DNA of 38,344 nt. Origin: Dehalococcoides mccartyi. Its GTDB lineage: Bacteria > Chloroflexota > Dehalococcoidia > UBA2979. The DNA lies in NCBI GenBank assembly GCA_945888895.1, contig CAMDAY010000002.1, positions 1 through 38,344 of the forward strand, written 5' to 3'. Every line of letters begins with the position of its first letter. The first letter of the stretch is position 1. Below are positions 38,295 to 38,344 of this stretch, one piece after another. The translations under genes were made by a program, and so were the position numbers. The notes beneath the pieces were generated by a model. That model saw only the letters and a list, made by a program, of their open reading frames with translations, did no database searches and had not been told where the DNA came from.

Positions 38295-38344
38295 CGCCTT
38301 CGCCACACTTGGACACCTCGCCCATACCCACTTGCCGATTCGAC

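Overview
High-GC bacterial chromosomal window (about two-thirds to 70% G+C by eye, strong GC3 bias). It is mostly housekeeping genes. The many long Arg/Ala/Gly-rich ORFs in the six-frame track are off-frame or antisense artefacts of the high GC content. Confident genes: gyrB, trmO-like, nadD, obg, dnaA, coaX, coaBC, pepA, rpsO, pnp, dapB, asd, dapA, mug-type glycosylase, purA, an M16 peptidase, pyrG and fsa/tal. Supporting genes include a TauE/SafE exporter, SAM methyltransferase, VOC protein, HAD hydrolase, PAP2 protein, DegV-like protein, GNAT, CitE-like protein, alpha/beta hydrolase and several lipoproteins and membrane proteins. No rRNA, tRNA or CRISPR array was found. Four things stand out. 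(1) A MITE-like non-coding element of about 290-490 bp with 60-70 bp terminal inverted repeats built on the hairpin CCCCTTCCC-GCGC-GGGAAGGGG. There are four full copies (after gyrB, pnp-dapB, asd-dapA, before the citE-like gene) plus solo ends, one of which lies inside the 3' end of the mug ORF. A related shorter hairpin family is also present. (2) The only compositionally foreign segment is a lower-GC gene at 23454-24308. It encodes a putative wHTH plus HEPN/DUF4145-like protein with an RNDAGH (Rx4H) motif, and its start directly abuts the stop of a DUF2283-type small protein. This two-gene module sits inside the dapB-asd-dapA cluster and is my best candidate for an undescribed toxin-antitoxin or defence-like system. 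(3) A DnaA-box cluster downstream of dnaA, with no dnaN, is a candidate oriC. (4) PNPase carries a C-terminal Arg/Gly-rich tail of about 135 aa. Taxon is not determinable from sequence alone; the GEG-type hairpin repeats are reminiscent of Chloroflexota/Thermomicrobia-like genomes (low confidence).
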